Shown: piece after piece, positions 31,052-41,965 of the stretch
Layout of the letters: every line of letters begins with the position of its first letter
Position numbering within the stretch: the stretch's first letter is position 1
Assembly: GCA_963827275.1 (NCBI GenBank)
Contig: CAWHAA010000004.1
Coordinates: forward strand, 224,001-288,000
Source of the DNA: an uncultured Spirochaetota bacterium
Lineage (GTDB): Bacteria; Spirochaetota; UBA4802; UBA5550
Length of the DNA: 64,000 nucleotides
Direction: 5' to 3'
The notes under the pieces: model-generated
What the model saw: the letters and a program-made list of their open reading frames with translations, nothing else
What the model was told of the DNA's origin: nothing
The model's database searches: none
Translations under genes and position numbers: made by a program

Positions 31052-31193
31052 TGGATTATAAAAAATGACCTGTTGTACCGGGAAAATCAGGCTCTGAGCC
31101 GCCGTGAAAAATATTTTCATCAACAAAAGTGCGGTCCCTGCCGATAGTGAACAATGGGGGCACCCCCGCACATTCAATAACCCGGTAAACAAA

Positions 31194-32378
31194 ATGAAAA
31201 AAACATGCCTTGCTGCCATTCTGCTCATTTTCGCGGGAGGGGCAGCGCACGCCGCCGTGCTGTCATGGGACATACTGAAAAATGACCGTCTGGAAATTAC
31301 GCGCACCGCCACGGTGAAATTTCTGGTCAACGACCGCCTCAACAAGGTGTACCAGGAGAGGAACATCATCGACCTCACCTGCCACGAGCGGAGGGACGCG
31401 TCGAGCGGGGTGAAGGGGCGGTTTTCATTGTACGCGCGCGCCGCGGTGAATGAGGTGTTCCAGCTGCGGGAGCAGTATCCATCGGAGTTCGAGATCGACC
31501 GGCGGGGGCGCTTCACCGTGCCGAAAAAATACTTCATGCCTAATGTGCGGAACCTCCCGACGTTTCCCGAAAAAGAGGCGGGCAAGGGGGATTCATGGTC
31601 CGCGCCGGCGGACCTCATACTCGATGCGTTTTCCATACCTTTCAAGCTGACCTTCCCCGTCGAGTACCGGGTGGAGGAGCTCAGGCGAACGGACGGCGCC
31701 GAGACGGCGGTGATCAGCTACCGTTTCAACATCGACTATGATCTCTCCGGCGGCAACTACCCGGCTGATTTCCCGGTGAAGATACTCGGCAAGGATGAAG
31801 GCACCATCGACTGGGATATCGCCAACAACAGGCCGATACGCATGAAGGAGAAATACCGGATTATCTTCTTTTTCCCCTCGGGCAAGAAGAAGCCCGCCGC
31901 CAATGAGTTCCAGATGATCATTGACACGGTGATGAAGACCTACCGGCCGGTTACGAAGGAAGAGAAGGAGAAGGCGAGGGTTGAGCTGAAGAAGGAGGTG
32001 CCTGACGGCGTGGACGTCGACACCGAAAAACGCGGACTGGTGATCCGGCTGGGCGACGTCCTCTTCGATTTCGATTCCGCGGGACTGCGTCATGACAGCA
32101 GGGCGAAGCTCGACCGGGTGGCGGACCTGTTAAAGAAGAAGTACCCTGACCGCGAGATCATCGTCGAGGGACACACGGACAGCATGGGCGGCACGGACTA
32201 TAACCTGCGACTCTCGCGGGACCGGGCCAGGAGCGTGGCCGGGTATCTGAAAGAAAAGGCGGGCCCGGACAAGCTCTCTTTCCGCGGCCTCGGCGCGGAC
32301 AGGCCGATCGCGGACAACGGCACGAAGGAGGGGCGGCAGAAGAACCGCCGTGTGGAGATCATCATCAAGCTGGAATAA
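31194..32378 (+). CDS. OmpA-family peptidoglycan-binding protein (spirochaete type)
   Basis: Signal peptide; VLFDFDSA, VEGHTD, NLRLS.DRA.SV, GRQKNRRVEI. Confidence 0.92.
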   Translation: MKKTCLAAILLIFAGGAAHAAVLSWDILKNDRLEITRTATVKFLVNDRLNKVYQERNIIDLTCHERRDASSGVKGRFSLYARAAVNEVFQLREQYPSEFEIDRRGRFTVPKKYFMPNVRNLPTFPEKEAGKGDSWSAPADLILDAFSIPFKLTFPVEYRVEELRRTDGAETAVISYRFNIDYDLSGGNYPADFPVKILGKDEGTIDWDIANNRPIRMKEKYRIIFFFPSGKKKPAANEFQMIIDTVMKTYRPVTKEEKEKARVELKKEVPDGVDVDTEKRGLVIRLGDVLFDFDSAGLRHDSRAKLDRVADLLKKKYPDREIIVEGHTDSMGGTDYNLRLSRDRARSVAGYLKEKAGPDKLSFRGLGADRPIADNGTKEGRQKNRRVEIIIKLE

Positions 32379-32472
32379 GCGGGGCCGCCGCTTCGGCTTC
32401 GTGTGAAAAATACAATCGCATATGTTATTACGTGAAGACGCAAAATTTGTCATACTGTCCCGGAGGCCTCTG

Positions 32473-32868
32473 ATGAAACTACTGGTGATAACCGGCTCCT
32501 TCCTGATCATCCTGTCGATTGCAACCGGCTGGCTGATCGTCGCAAAGCGGTACCTCGCACTGGTCCCCGCTGTCAGCATCATCAAGGATGATATCAGGCT
32601 GGTGAAAGGACACATGGAGTATCCGGTCATGGCCCTGCTGCTCTTTTCATTTTATGCATTGAACCAGGAGATGCCGTACTGCCTTGTCGTGCCCGCCTGC
32701 ATCGGAGCCTTCACCAACCCCTCACTGCAGCTGTTTCTCTCGATAAAGCCCGATGTCGAAAAGCGCGCTACCTCGTTATTCGGGATCATCAGCACCCTGA
32801 GCTTCCTCGCGACATCGGTCGGCCTGGGCGGCCTGGCCGTGCTGACCATCTATGAAATCATGAAATAA
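32473..32868 (+). CDS. Small 4-TM membrane protein
   Basis: GGAGG RBS; four hydrophobic segments; KGHMEY..M segment reminiscent of StyC/HabA-like membrane isomerases. Confidence 0.7.
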   Translation: MKLLVITGSFLIILSIATGWLIVAKRYLALVPAVSIIKDDIRLVKGHMEYPVMALLLFSFYALNQEMPYCLVVPACIGAFTNPSLQLFLSIKPDVEKRATSLFGIISTLSFLATSVGLGGLAVLTIYEIMK

Positions 32869-33020
32869 ACCGCATGGCGGGAGCGGCGGGGAGGCCGCAC
32901 GTTCATCGCGGAATATTTTTTTCCTTGCAATATAAACAAAATTCGATTGAATGTTTACGTCTGCGTCTGATTTTTAAAACCCGTCTTGGTCGCCGACCAA
33001 TGATTATGGAGTATTCCCGC

Positions 33021-34850
33021 ATGGAAACTATCGAAGCGTTCCGCAAGGACATTAAAAATTTTACAAAAGTGTTCATCCTTTCAACCGAAACCGTCAGTTA
33101 CCTGGTGCTCATTCCCGCACTGGTGCTCTATGTGTGGACCAACTTCAACCTGAACCCGCCGCAGCTCGTAATATTTTTCAGGTGCGTGGGGATCGCGGTT
33201 GTCATTTCGCTGGTCTCGACGAACATAGCGGACCGTGTCATCGTCGCGCCGGTCGTGAAATATTTTGCCCTGCTGCTCAGGGACGAAGCGGTGCCGGAGG
33301 AGGTGTACGCCCGGGCGCAGCGGAGGTTCTTCTCCCTTCCCTATGTCCATGCCCTCAATTCGGCGCTCCAGTGGGTGTTCGGGCTTGCCGTGGCGATCAT
33401 CCCCTTCAGCATGCTGGCCGACCTGAGCCCGATGCAGAAGATCAATATCTATTTTATCATGATCGTCATACCGCCGCTCGGGGGGATGCTGTTCTTCCTC
33501 CTCACGGAGCTCTACTTTCAGAAATTGCTCAACAAGGGGCTGTTCCACCGCATCGTCTTGAAGAAATTCGGGTTTCGCATGAACCTGATGACGAGGATAT
33601 TTCTCTCCATCATACTCATACTGGTGATACCGGCCGTGGGCTTCAACGGCTACTACTCGGTGGTGCTGGAATCCGCCAAAATCGAGTCGCACGTCTCATA
33701 CCTGAAGCTGGGCGGCATCGTCCTTTTCGGCGTTATCGTCGCGTTCAGCCTCGTGACGGTCCTCTGGCGCTCCATAAGCGTGAAGATGGGGCTCATCTCC
33801 GGCTTCCTCGACAGCATCGGCCGCGGCGACCTCGCGGTGCAGAAGAGCGTCTTCGCCGTCATAGACGAGCTGACGGACATCAACCAGACCGTGTATATCA
33901 TGAAAAAAAACATTTCCTCGATGATGTCCGACATCAATTCGATCTCGACGAAGCTTGATGAATCCAGCCGCAACACCTCGGAGATCACCACCTCCTTTTC
34001 GGAGGTGACGCAGAACCAGGCCGCCACGGTCGAGGAGGTGACCGCCACCATCGAGGAGATATCGGCCGGCATGGACGGGATAGCCAGCGGCGCGCAGGGG
34101 CAGCTGGACAGCCTGATGTCCCTCATCGAGCGGATGGGCGAGATGACCGGCATTATCCGCGAGCTCTCGGAAAACATATCGAGCGCCTCGTCGCTTGCCT
34201 CCGGCATCACGGCAGAAGCGAAACGGGGCGAGGAATCGCTCCGGCAGATGAACCAGAGCATGCTTACCATCAACGCCGGTTCGCAGCAGATGACGAGTAT
34301 CGTGAACATAATCCAGGACATCTCGGATAAAATCAACCTCCTGTCGCTGAACGCTTCCATCGAGGCCGCGCGGGCGGGGGACGCGGGGCGGGGGTTCGCG
34401 GTCGTCGCCGACGAGATCTCGAAGCTGGCGGACAATACCGCCTCAAGCGTGAAGGACATCGACGGGCTCATCAAGACGACCGACGGCGAGATACGGAAGG
34501 GGCTTTCGGGCGTGACTGACGTGGTGGAACGGATCGGCAGGATCAGCGCCGGCATCGACGAAATGAACGGCATGGTGCAGAAGATAGCGGGCATCATGCA
34601 GAAGCAGGAGGAGATGAACGCCATGGTCGACCGGGAGGCCACCGAGGTCAAGGCAAAGTCGCAGGAGATCGAGAGCGCCACCATGGAGCAGAAGACCGCC
34701 ATCACCGAGGTCGTGCATTCGGTGACGAGGATCAACGAGCTGACCCAGACCATAAGCGCCGGTTCTGAGGAGATCACCGCGAACACCGACGAAAACGCGA
34801 AAATCGCCGATATACTCAAGAACAAGATGGACCAGTTCAAGATTGCGTAG
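33021..34850 (+). CDS. Methyl-accepting chemotaxis protein with a multi-TM sensor
   Basis: About 6 TM, HAMP-like linker, [33 protein letters not shown]; start 33000-33021. Confidence 0.93.
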   Translation: METIEAFRKDIKNFTKVFILSTETVSYLVLIPALVLYVWTNFNLNPPQLVIFFRCVGIAVVISLVSTNIADRVIVAPVVKYFALLLRDEAVPEEVYARAQRRFFSLPYVHALNSALQWVFGLAVAIIPFSMLADLSPMQKINIYFIMIVIPPLGGMLFFLLTELYFQKLLNKGLFHRIVLKKFGFRMNLMTRIFLSIILILVIPAVGFNGYYSVVLESAKIESHVSYLKLGGIVLFGVIVAFSLVTVLWRSISVKMGLISGFLDSIGRGDLAVQKSVFAVIDELTDINQTVYIMKKNISSMMSDINSISTKLDESSRNTSEITTSFSEVTQNQAATVEEVTATIEEISAGMDGIASGAQGQLDSLMSLIERMGEMTGIIRELSENISSASSLASGITAEAKRGEESLRQMNQSMLTINAGSQQMTSIVNIIQDISDKINLLSLNASIEAARAGDAGRGFAVVADEISKLADNTASSVKDIDGLIKTTDGEIRKGLSGVTDVVERIGRISAGIDEMNGMVQKIAGIMQKQEEMNAMVDREATEVKAKSQEIESATMEQKTAITEVVHSVTRINELTQTISAGSEEITANTDENAKIADILKNKMDQFKIA

Positions 34851-34888
34851 CGCGGCGGCTTCGCGGGGGCGCCGTCACCGGCAATGCG

Positions 34889-36544
34889 TCACGGCTTCAC
34901 CTCGTCGATGAATGTCAGGTCGTCCCTGTTCAGGACGATGATCTTTTTGTCCTGGCGGTTGATGTAGATGTAGTTGTCCCAGAAGCTGATGAAGGTGTTC
35001 TCGCTCAGCTCCTCCTTCGACTTCGCCACGAGCTTCAGGCTCCCGTCGAAGCGGCCCAGGTGGTACACGCCGCTGTCGTAGGTAATCGCGTAGATGAAGC
35101 CGTCCCGGATCTCGATGAAGCTCCGCCAGAAGATGTTGTCGTCGCCGTAGATCTTCGCCTGCAGGGTGTCCTTGTCGACCAGGGTGAGCCGGTGCCCGGA
35201 GGTGTGGCTCCCCCGGTGCGTAATGATGACGATCCCGCCGGAATAGACGTCGTACCTGTTCCCGCAGATGTTCTCCACCGGCGACTTGAACATGATCTTG
35301 CGGGTTGAGGCGTTGATCATGTACAGGTTGTTGTTGTAATGCCCGCCGTCGAGGTATTCCTGGATCTTCAGGTAATAGAGCTTGCCCGCGTAGATGTTCT
35401 TGTCCAGCTCCTTCTCGCGGAGCTTGTCCTCCCGCTTGTCGAGCTCCTTCTCCTTTTCCTCGAGCTTCTTCTTCGCCCCTGCCGGGTCCTTTTTGATGTC
35501 GCGGCTGATCTCGTCCTTCTTTATCTGCTTCTTCTCGTCGTCAATGCTCTTCTTGCGCTCTTCGAGCTTTTTCTTCTCATCGGCGACCGTCTTTTCCTTT
35601 TTCTTTGACGTTTCTTCCTGCTTCTGCGTCTCTTTCTTTTCTGCCGCGAGCTCCTTTTCCTTTTTCTCGATCTCCTTCTCTTTTTCCCTGCGTTTTTCAG
35701 GCTCGATTATTTTTTTTGTCTCTTCTTTTTCCTTTTTCAGGTCCTCTTCCTTTTTCTTGACCTGCTTCTTTTTCCTGTCCAGCGCTTCCTTCTCCTGCTC
35801 CAGCTGCTTCTGCTTTTTTTTCAGCTCGTCCGTATCCTTCTCCAGCGTGCGCTCCCGCAGGTCGGCCATGTTCTTGCGGTCGGGTATGTTTTTGTCGCTT
35901 TTGCGGAGCTGGTCGATGGTCTTCCTGTCGGAAAGGACGTCCGGCTGTATGGCGTCAAGCTTCCCCTTCTGCGCCTCTTCCGTGAGGGGGATCAGCATCT
36001 TCGTCGCGCCGGGCCACTCCCAGTATTTCGTGGAGATGCCCGCGTTCCGCGCCGCTATGTGCTTCATGACGACGCCCTTGTACTTTGATCCGAAGTAGGC
36101 GATGTCGCCGCGGTGCACCGCGTTGTAGTAAGAAAGGAACAGTGCCAGCGTGCGGCCGTCCTTCCGCGAATAGCCGTAGCGCGACGACAGGTACGCCATC
36201 GCGATGCGCCGCACCGTGTCGATGTGCCCGACCTTCGCGTCCCTGTCGATGGAGAAGATGTCGGCGGAGTACTTGTCCGGCTCCTCTTTGGAGACGGCGC
36301 GGATGATGGAATATTTCATGTGGAAGCGGACGGTGCCGGCGTCGCTTCCCTTCGAGAGCTGTCTGCCGATCGCCTCGACCTCGCTGAGCGGGTCGGCCTT
36401 TTTCGGGTCGCCCTTGTAGTTGATGAACTCGACCCGCCTGGTGCGGATTTCGTCCACGTCAACCTCGAGGGCGGCCGCGCCGGCGAGGGGGATGATCGTC
36501 AAAAGGGCTGCAAGGACGGTGCGTGTGATATTGTTTGTTTTCAT
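34889..36544 (-). CDS. P83/100 family protein
   Basis: LEVD..E, EFINY.G, ADIF.I...A.V.HI..VRRI...YL...YGYS, YNAVHRG, W.EWPG.T...IPL; long K/E coiled coil; C-terminal beta domain. Confidence 0.88.
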   Translation of the reverse strand: MKTNNITRTVLAALLTIIPLAGAAALEVDVDEIRTRRVEFINYKGDPKKADPLSEVEAIGRQLSKGSDAGTVRFHMKYSIIRAVSKEEPDKYSADIFSIDRDAKVGHIDTVRRIAMAYLSSRYGYSRKDGRTLALFLSYYNAVHRGDIAYFGSKYKGVVMKHIAARNAGISTKYWEWPGATKMLIPLTEEAQKGKLDAIQPDVLSDRKTIDQLRKSDKNIPDRKNMADLRERTLEKDTDELKKKQKQLEQEKEALDRKKKQVKKKEEDLKKEKEETKKIIEPEKRREKEKEIEKKEKELAAEKKETQKQEETSKKKEKTVADEKKKLEERKKSIDDEKKQIKKDEISRDIKKDPAGAKKKLEEKEKELDKREDKLREKELDKNIYAGKLYYLKIQEYLDGGHYNNNLYMINASTRKIMFKSPVENICGNRYDVYSGGIVIITHRGSHTSGHRLTLVDKDTLQAKIYGDDNIFWRSFIEIRDGFIYAITYDSGVYHLGRFDGSLKLVAKSKEELSENTFISFWDNYIYINRQDKKIIVLNRDDLTFIDEVKP

Positions 36545-36674
36545 TGTGTGTCTCCGGCATTCTTGTCAGCATGATGGCTGATTCTGGTGTCATGTCAAGA
36601 TACTTGCGGCGTGACGCCGCACCCCATGGCGGGCGTGTGAATTATCCGCCCGGTACCCCGGTATCCAGGCGTAT

Positions 36675-37151
36675 TTATTCTTTGTTCAGGTCGTCCAGTA
36701 CCGCAAGCAGATCGCCGTTTTCGGGAATATCGGACATTGAATTTCCGTAATGCTTGTAGCGTATCATCCCCTTTTTGTCAACGATCAGCTGCGCGGGCAT
36801 CCGGCCGAGTTTGAGGATTTTGACCTGCTGTCCGTAGAGCCTTGATATGCTGTGGTCCGGGTCCGCGAGGCCCACAAAAGGCATCCGGTGTTCATGCCAC
36901 CATTCAGAGAAGGCCTGTGCGCTTTCCGGACCTATGGCGATGACCTCGGCCCCCCGCTTCACGAATTCATCATATTCCTGGCGCAACTGTGCCATGTGCC
37001 TCCGGCAGTATGGTCAGGCAAAACCCCGGTTGAACACAAGGACGACGATTTTTTTCCCTTTATAATCCGAAAGTTGTACCGGCTGTCCGTTGCTGTCCGC
37101 CAGCTGAAAATCCGGCGCAGGGTTCGGCTCTGTTTTTTCGATGTTACTCAC
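36675..37151 (-). CDS. Peroxiredoxin-like (AhpC/TSA) selenoprotein, UxxC motif
   Basis: AGGAG RBS and GTG at 37151; APDFQL.D.NG..V.LSDYKG..VVLVFNRGFA-TGA(37016-37014)-PYCRRHMAQLR continues in the same frame; candidate SECIS hairpin just downstream. Confidence 0.88.
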
Positions 37152-37387
37152 CAGTGCATCTCCTGACAATTCGTATAATGAAGGAACATTTATCCGGCAG
37201 CTGGCTGGTATGCTATAACGTTCCTTACGAAAAGTCAAGAAGTAATACTGCCCGCGGATCAGGAAGGTTCGACCTGTTCCATGTCGTACCTCAGGAGACG
37301 ACGCCTTGTTCCTGCGCCATTATAACACTTGACTTTTATAAAATAATACGATAAAAGCGTAACTGAAAAAAAACAGGAAGTGCCTCC

Positions 37388-37822
37388 ATGAATAATCCCG
37401 ACAAAGCAGTTGCATATTTCGAAAAAGGTATGAACTGCGCCCAATCGGTGCTCAGCGTGTACGGCCCCCTGTGCGGCCTTGACGCCGGGACCTGCGTCCG
37501 CATCGCGTCGCCCTTCGGCGGCGGCATCGGCCATACCCAGGGGATATGCGGGGCGCTGACCGGCGCGGTCATGGCGATCGGGCTGAAGCACGGCGAGGGG
37601 ACCGCGGAGCGCGACAGGCGGGACCGCATCAACGAGCTGGCGCGCGATTTTATCGATGAATTCAGGAAGCGCAACGGAGACATCATGTGCCGCAGGCTCC
37701 TCGACTTCGACATCACCACCGAGAGCGGCCTGCTCGAGGCGCGGCGCCTTGGAAAATTCGGGGCCTGCGCCGGATATATCCGCTCCGCGGCGGAACTGCT
37801 GGATACGATGCTGCAAGTATGA
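37388..37822 (+). CDS. C_GCAxxG_C_C family putative redox protein
   Basis: NCAQSVL, FGGGIG, ICGALTG, CRRLL, C..YIR.A. Confidence 0.92.
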   Translation: MNNPDKAVAYFEKGMNCAQSVLSVYGPLCGLDAGTCVRIASPFGGGIGHTQGICGALTGAVMAIGLKHGEGTAERDRRDRINELARDFIDEFRKRNGDIMCRRLLDFDITTESGLLEARRLGKFGACAGYIRSAAELLDTMLQV

Positions 37823-38679
37823 AACGTGCCACCGACCACCCCGGCCGCGGCGCCGCGTTCTTCGCCGGGTTCACGCCCGCGGCGCACCGCGGGGCGTCCC
37901 GCGAGTTCCCGGAAAACACCCTCGAGGCCTTCCGGCGCGCCCGCGAGATACTGCCCGGCTGCCTGCTCGAGACCGACGTGCGCCAGACCGGCGACGGCGG
38001 CATCGTCATCATCCACGATGAATTCCTTGACGCCGGGACGAACGGCGCCGGCCGGGTGCGCGACTGGTCCACCGCCGACGTCCTCTCGCTTGACGCCGGG
38101 TACAACATCTCCTTCGACGGCGGCGCGACCTATCCCTTCCGGGGCGCGGGGCACCGCGTCCCCCTCCTTTCAGAGGCCCTGTCGGCGTTTCCCGGCGCCA
38201 GGTTCTCAATCGACATCAAGGACCGGGACACCGGCGCGGCGCGGGAGGCCGTCATGATCATCGCGAAGCACCGGGCGTCGGGGCGGGTGGTCATCGGATC
38301 GTTTTACGATGATATCATCCGGTATGTCCGGAAGAACTTCCCGCACATCATCACCGCCTATTCGCGGAACGAGACGCTCCGGCTCCTCGCGGCGCAGAAG
38401 CTCGGCATGCCGGTCCGACGGCGGGGTGACGCGCTCCTTGTCCCCGAGGTCATCGGGGGAGGGAGCTACGAGTGGGAGGGGGAGCGCCCGGGCCGGACCT
38501 TCAGGGTCGTCACGCAGCGCCTTATCACCGCGGCGCACCGGCGCGGCATCCCGGTGCTCGCCTGGACCATCAACCGGCCCGGGAACATGCGCCGGCTTAT
38601 TGACTGGGGGATCGACGGCATCGTCACGGACCGCATCGACCTGCTGAAAGAGGTGATGGCGGAAAAAGGGATCGCGTAA
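37819..38679 (+). CDS. Glycerophosphodiester phosphodiesterase
   Basis: AHRGAS..PENTLEAF, ETDV..T.DG, IIHD, AWTIN, GIDGIVTD; ATGA overlap with the upstream gene. Confidence 0.92.
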   Translation: MKRATDHPGRGAAFFAGFTPAAHRGASREFPENTLEAFRRAREILPGCLLETDVRQTGDGGIVIIHDEFLDAGTNGAGRVRDWSTADVLSLDAGYNISFDGGATYPFRGAGHRVPLLSEALSAFPGARFSIDIKDRDTGAAREAVMIIAKHRASGRVVIGSFYDDIIRYVRKNFPHIITAYSRNETLRLLAAQKLGMPVRRRGDALLVPEVIGGGSYEWEGERPGRTFRVVTQRLITAAHRRGIPVLAWTINRPGNMRRLIDWGIDGIVTDRIDLLKEVMAEKGIA

Positions 38680-38758
38680 TCACGTCAAATATTTCATTGA
38701 CAGAAAAATATACGGCGCGACGATAGGCGCATCGCGACTGGCGATTCCGAGGTGCCCC

Positions 38759-40054
38759 ATGTTCTGGAACAAAGAGATAGAGACCATAGACCGGAAAGCG
38801 CTGGAGTCCCTGCAGTTTAAAAAGCTCTCGAAGGCCCTCAGCGACGCCGCTTCCACCCCCTTTTATCGAAAAGTTTTCAAAGAACATAACATCAACGTAC
38901 AGAACATTTCGTCGCTCGATCACCTGAAAGACCTCCCGTTCACCACCAAGGCCGACCTGCGCCTGAGCTATCCTGACGGCATGGTGGCGGTCCCCCGGAG
39001 CGAGATCGTGCGCATGCACGCCTCCTCGGGCACCACGGGCAAATCGACGGTCATCTTCTACACCGCGCAGGACATCTCTGACTGGGCCGACCTGATCGCC
39101 CGCAGCATGATGGCCTCCGGCACCACCCGCGACGACGTGTTCCAGAACATGATGGGATACGGCCTCTTCACCGGCGGGCTGGGCCTCCACTACGGAGCGG
39201 AACGCCTCGGCTGCATGGTGATCCCGGCGTCCTCGGGGAACAGCCTGAAGCAGATCCAGCTCATGCAGGACTTTCACACGACGACGATCCACATCACCCC
39301 GAGCTACGCCCTCCACCTGGGGGACGTGGTCGCCGAACAGGGGATCCGCCCGCCTGACCTGGGCGTGAAGCGCGCCTACCTGGGCGCCGAGCCCTATTCC
39401 GAGGAGACGCGGAACAAGCTCCAGGAGCAGTGGGGGCTCACCGCGTACAACTCGTACGGGCTGTCGGAGATGAACGGCCCCGGCGTCTCCTTCGAGTGCG
39501 AGGAGCAGTGCGGCATGCACATCTGGGAGGACTTCTACATCCCTGAAATTATAGACCCGGACACCGGGGAGCGCCTGCCGGACGGCGAGGCGGGCGAGCT
39601 GGTGCTCACCCACATCAACCGCGCCGCGATGCCCATCATCCGCTACCGCACCCGCGACCTGACGCGGATCATCCCCGAGCGGTGCGCGTGCGGCAGGACG
39701 CACCGGCGCATGGAGCGGATCAAGGGGCGCACCGACGACATGCTCATCGTGGGCGGCGTGAACGTGTTCCCGTCGCAGATAGAGTCGGTGCTGATGAAGA
39801 TACCGGAGGTGGGGAACAACTACCAGATCGTCCTCGACCGCCACGAGAACCTGGACCGGCTGCACATCCGGGTCGAGATATACTCCAAGATGTTCCAGGG
39901 CGACCTGAAGGCGCTGGAGCGGCTCAAGAAGAAGGTCGTGGAAGAGCTCAAGGCCCTCATCACCGTGAACCCGCGCATCGAGTTTCTGGAGCCGGGATCG
40001 CTGCCGCCGAGCACGGGCAAGGCGGTCCGGGTCATCGACAACAGGAAGATATAG
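38759..40054 (+). CDS. paaK: Phenylacetate-CoA ligase
   Basis: HASSGTTGK, GYGLFTGGLGLHYG, GAEPYSE, SYGLSEMNGPGV, RYRTRD, GRTDDM, GKAVRVID. Confidence 0.94.
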   Translation: MFWNKEIETIDRKALESLQFKKLSKALSDAASTPFYRKVFKEHNINVQNISSLDHLKDLPFTTKADLRLSYPDGMVAVPRSEIVRMHASSGTTGKSTVIFYTAQDISDWADLIARSMMASGTTRDDVFQNMMGYGLFTGGLGLHYGAERLGCMVIPASSGNSLKQIQLMQDFHTTTIHITPSYALHLGDVVAEQGIRPPDLGVKRAYLGAEPYSEETRNKLQEQWGLTAYNSYGLSEMNGPGVSFECEEQCGMHIWEDFYIPEIIDPDTGERLPDGEAGELVLTHINRAAMPIIRYRTRDLTRIIPERCACGRTHRRMERIKGRTDDMLIVGGVNVFPSQIESVLMKIPEVGNNYQIVLDRHENLDRLHIRVEIYSKMFQGDLKALERLKKKVVEELKALITVNPRIEFLEPGSLPPSTGKAVRVIDNRKI

Positions 40055-40064
40055 GGAGGTCCAT

Positions 40065-40493
40065 ATGCCGCAGCAGATATCCATCTTCGCAGAAAACAAG
40101 CCGGGAAAGATAGAGCGCATCTCCGGCATCCTCGGCAGGAGCGGCGTCAACATGAGGGCCATCACCATCGCCGATTCCGGCGATTACGGCATCATCAAGA
40201 TACTGGCGGACCGGCCGGTTGACGGGTGCAACGCCCTCAAGGCCGACGGCATCGCCGCGACCCTGAAGGAGATCGTGGCGGTGAAGATCGACGACAGCCC
40301 GGGCGGCCTCCACAAGGCGTCGTCGGTCCTGTCGAAAAACAACATCAACGTCGATGACGCCTACGGCTTCACGATCCGCGGGAGCAACGAGGCGGTGTTC
40401 GTGTTCCAGGTGAGCGACACGAAAAAGACCGAGAAGGCCCTGCGGGACGCCGGCTTCACGGTCCTCGGCGACAAGGAGCTCTATTTCCTCTGA
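40065..40493 (+). CDS. Tandem ACT-domain protein
   Basis: QISIFAENKPG, NMRAITIAD, DDSPGGL, NNINV..AY; typical neighbour of paaK in anaerobes. Confidence 0.92.
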   Translation: MPQQISIFAENKPGKIERISGILGRSGVNMRAITIADSGDYGIIKILADRPVDGCNALKADGIAATLKEIVAVKIDDSPGGLHKASSVLSKNNINVDDAYGFTIRGSNEAVFVFQVSDTKKTEKALRDAGFTVLGDKELYFL

Positions 40494-40536
40494 TGGCGGC
40501 CGGCGCGCGGCACCGCGCCCCGTCGCCGTCCGCCGT

Positions 40537-41958
40537 TCATATCCGCGCCCCGAACCCCGCGTTAAAAGCGATGAAATCCATGAGCGTGCGCTTCTCTATG
40601 ACCATGCCGTAATCCGCGCCCAGGGAGAACGAGTACCTGCCCTGCACCGTGTATGAGAGCGTGAGCCCGGCCATGACAAACGGCTCGTACCCCTGCCGCG
40701 ACGGGTAGACCAGCCCGTGCACCCCGGCGTTTCTTTTTGAATAGCCGATTTTTATGAATGCGCACCCGCCGAAGAGTTCCGGGGCGATAGAGAAGGCGTC
40801 GGTGATCATGAAGCGGTAGCTCGCGGCGGCGACCATCGGGACGATGTACGATTCGCCCACCGACCTTCCCCAGCCGGTGAAATAGAAGCAGCCGCTTCCC
40901 AGCCCGATATTCAGGCACCAGGCCGGGAAGTTCGCGGCAGAGAAGAGCGCCATGCCGCCGTACCCCGGGTGGAGCATCACGCCCAGGTCGCGCACCGGCA
41001 TGAGGAAGCTCCCCCGCACGGCAATGTCGAACTCTATCACCCGGGTGTTCACCAGCGCGTCGCCGGATTCATCGCCGTCGTTGTCAACGGCGCGCAGCGC
41101 GAACCGGTGGGTGACGCCGGGATCGAGGCCCGCCACGCTGAAGGCGGTGCCGGCCGTCTCCCCCGCCGGTACGGGCGCCGTGCCGCCCAGGGCGAGGACG
41201 CGGTAGTTCACGACCGCGCCGTCAGGGTCCACGGCCGGCCGCCAGGTGATGCTCACCGGGAGCTTCCCGCTGTCAAGGGGCAGGCGCGCGAGCCGGGCGC
41301 CCCGGGGCGGGCCGGGCGGCGTGTTGGTCATGACCACGATTTCATCGGTGGGGAGGGACTCGCCGCCCTCCCCGTCGAGGGCGGTCACCTTGAGCGCGTA
41401 GGCGCTCTTTTTCTTCAGGCCGCGCACGGTGTACGAACGCCGCCGGGTGCTCCCCGCGGTCTCCCACCGGGCGCTCCCCGTTTCCCTGAAATAGACGCGG
41501 TAGGAATGCGGCGGCTTGTAGGGAGGGAACCAGGCCACCCCTATCGACGTCGTGTCGGCCTTCCCGCGGAGGTCCGTGGGGTTGGTCCGCGCGATGAAGA
41601 GCACCTTCTTCCGGGGCAGGGCGTACTCCTCGACCCGGTCAAGCCGGTCGCGGAAGATGTAGGCATCGGCGTTCTCGTCAACCATGTACGCTTCCCGGGA
41701 GGAGCCGTCGGTGAGCCGGACCACCACCCTGCCGAGATAGATATCGGTGTACAGTATGCGGAGCACCTGCCCCCGGCCGATGGCGCGCGCCGCGCCGTCA
41801 GGGGGCTTCACGGTGATGGAGGTGCCGGTTTCGCTGAGGATGCGGCCCCGCACGATGTCCCCGTTTTTCAGGAACACGCACTCGGCCGAAGTCCGCGGGG
41901 CCGGCAGCAGGGTGACGAGCGCCGCTGCGGCAAGGGAGTAGATCAGTCCGCGCGCCAT
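40537..41958 (-). CDS. Exported protein: two small beta domains, two Fn3 domains, C-terminal beta-barrel-like domain
   Basis: Signal peptide; VFLKNG.IV.G.I; Fn3 motifs (W.PP, YRVY, GL.....Y...V.A.D..G.ES) twice; amphipathic strands ending FNAGFGARI. Confidence 0.8.
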   Translation of the reverse strand: MARGLIYSLAAAALVTLLPAPRTSAECVFLKNGDIVRGRILSETGTSITVKPPDGAARAIGRGQVLRILYTDIYLGRVVVRLTDGSSREAYMVDENADAYIFRDRLDRVEEYALPRKKVLFIARTNPTDLRGKADTTSIGVAWFPPYKPPHSYRVYFRETGSARWETAGSTRRRSYTVRGLKKKSAYALKVTALDGEGGESLPTDEIVVMTNTPPGPPRGARLARLPLDSGKLPVSITWRPAVDPDGAVVNYRVLALGGTAPVPAGETAGTAFSVAGLDPGVTHRFALRAVDNDGDESGDALVNTRVIEFDIAVRGSFLMPVRDLGVMLHPGYGGMALFSAANFPAWCLNIGLGSGCFYFTGWGRSVGESYIVPMVAAASYRFMITDAFSIAPELFGGCAFIKIGYSKRNAGVHGLVYPSRQGYEPFVMAGLTLSYTVQGRYSFSLGADYGMVIEKRTLMDFIAFNAGFGARI

Positions 41959-41965
41959 GCGCCTG

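Noticed and set aside
35390..35870. Purine/pyrimidine-skewed low-complexity tract
   Set aside because: Explained by the K/E coiled coil of the P83/100 protein
37014..37016. Nonsense mutation or pseudogene in the peroxiredoxin-like gene
   Set aside because: The TGA falls exactly at the redox-motif position with a SECIS-like hairpin after it; selenocysteine is more parsimonious
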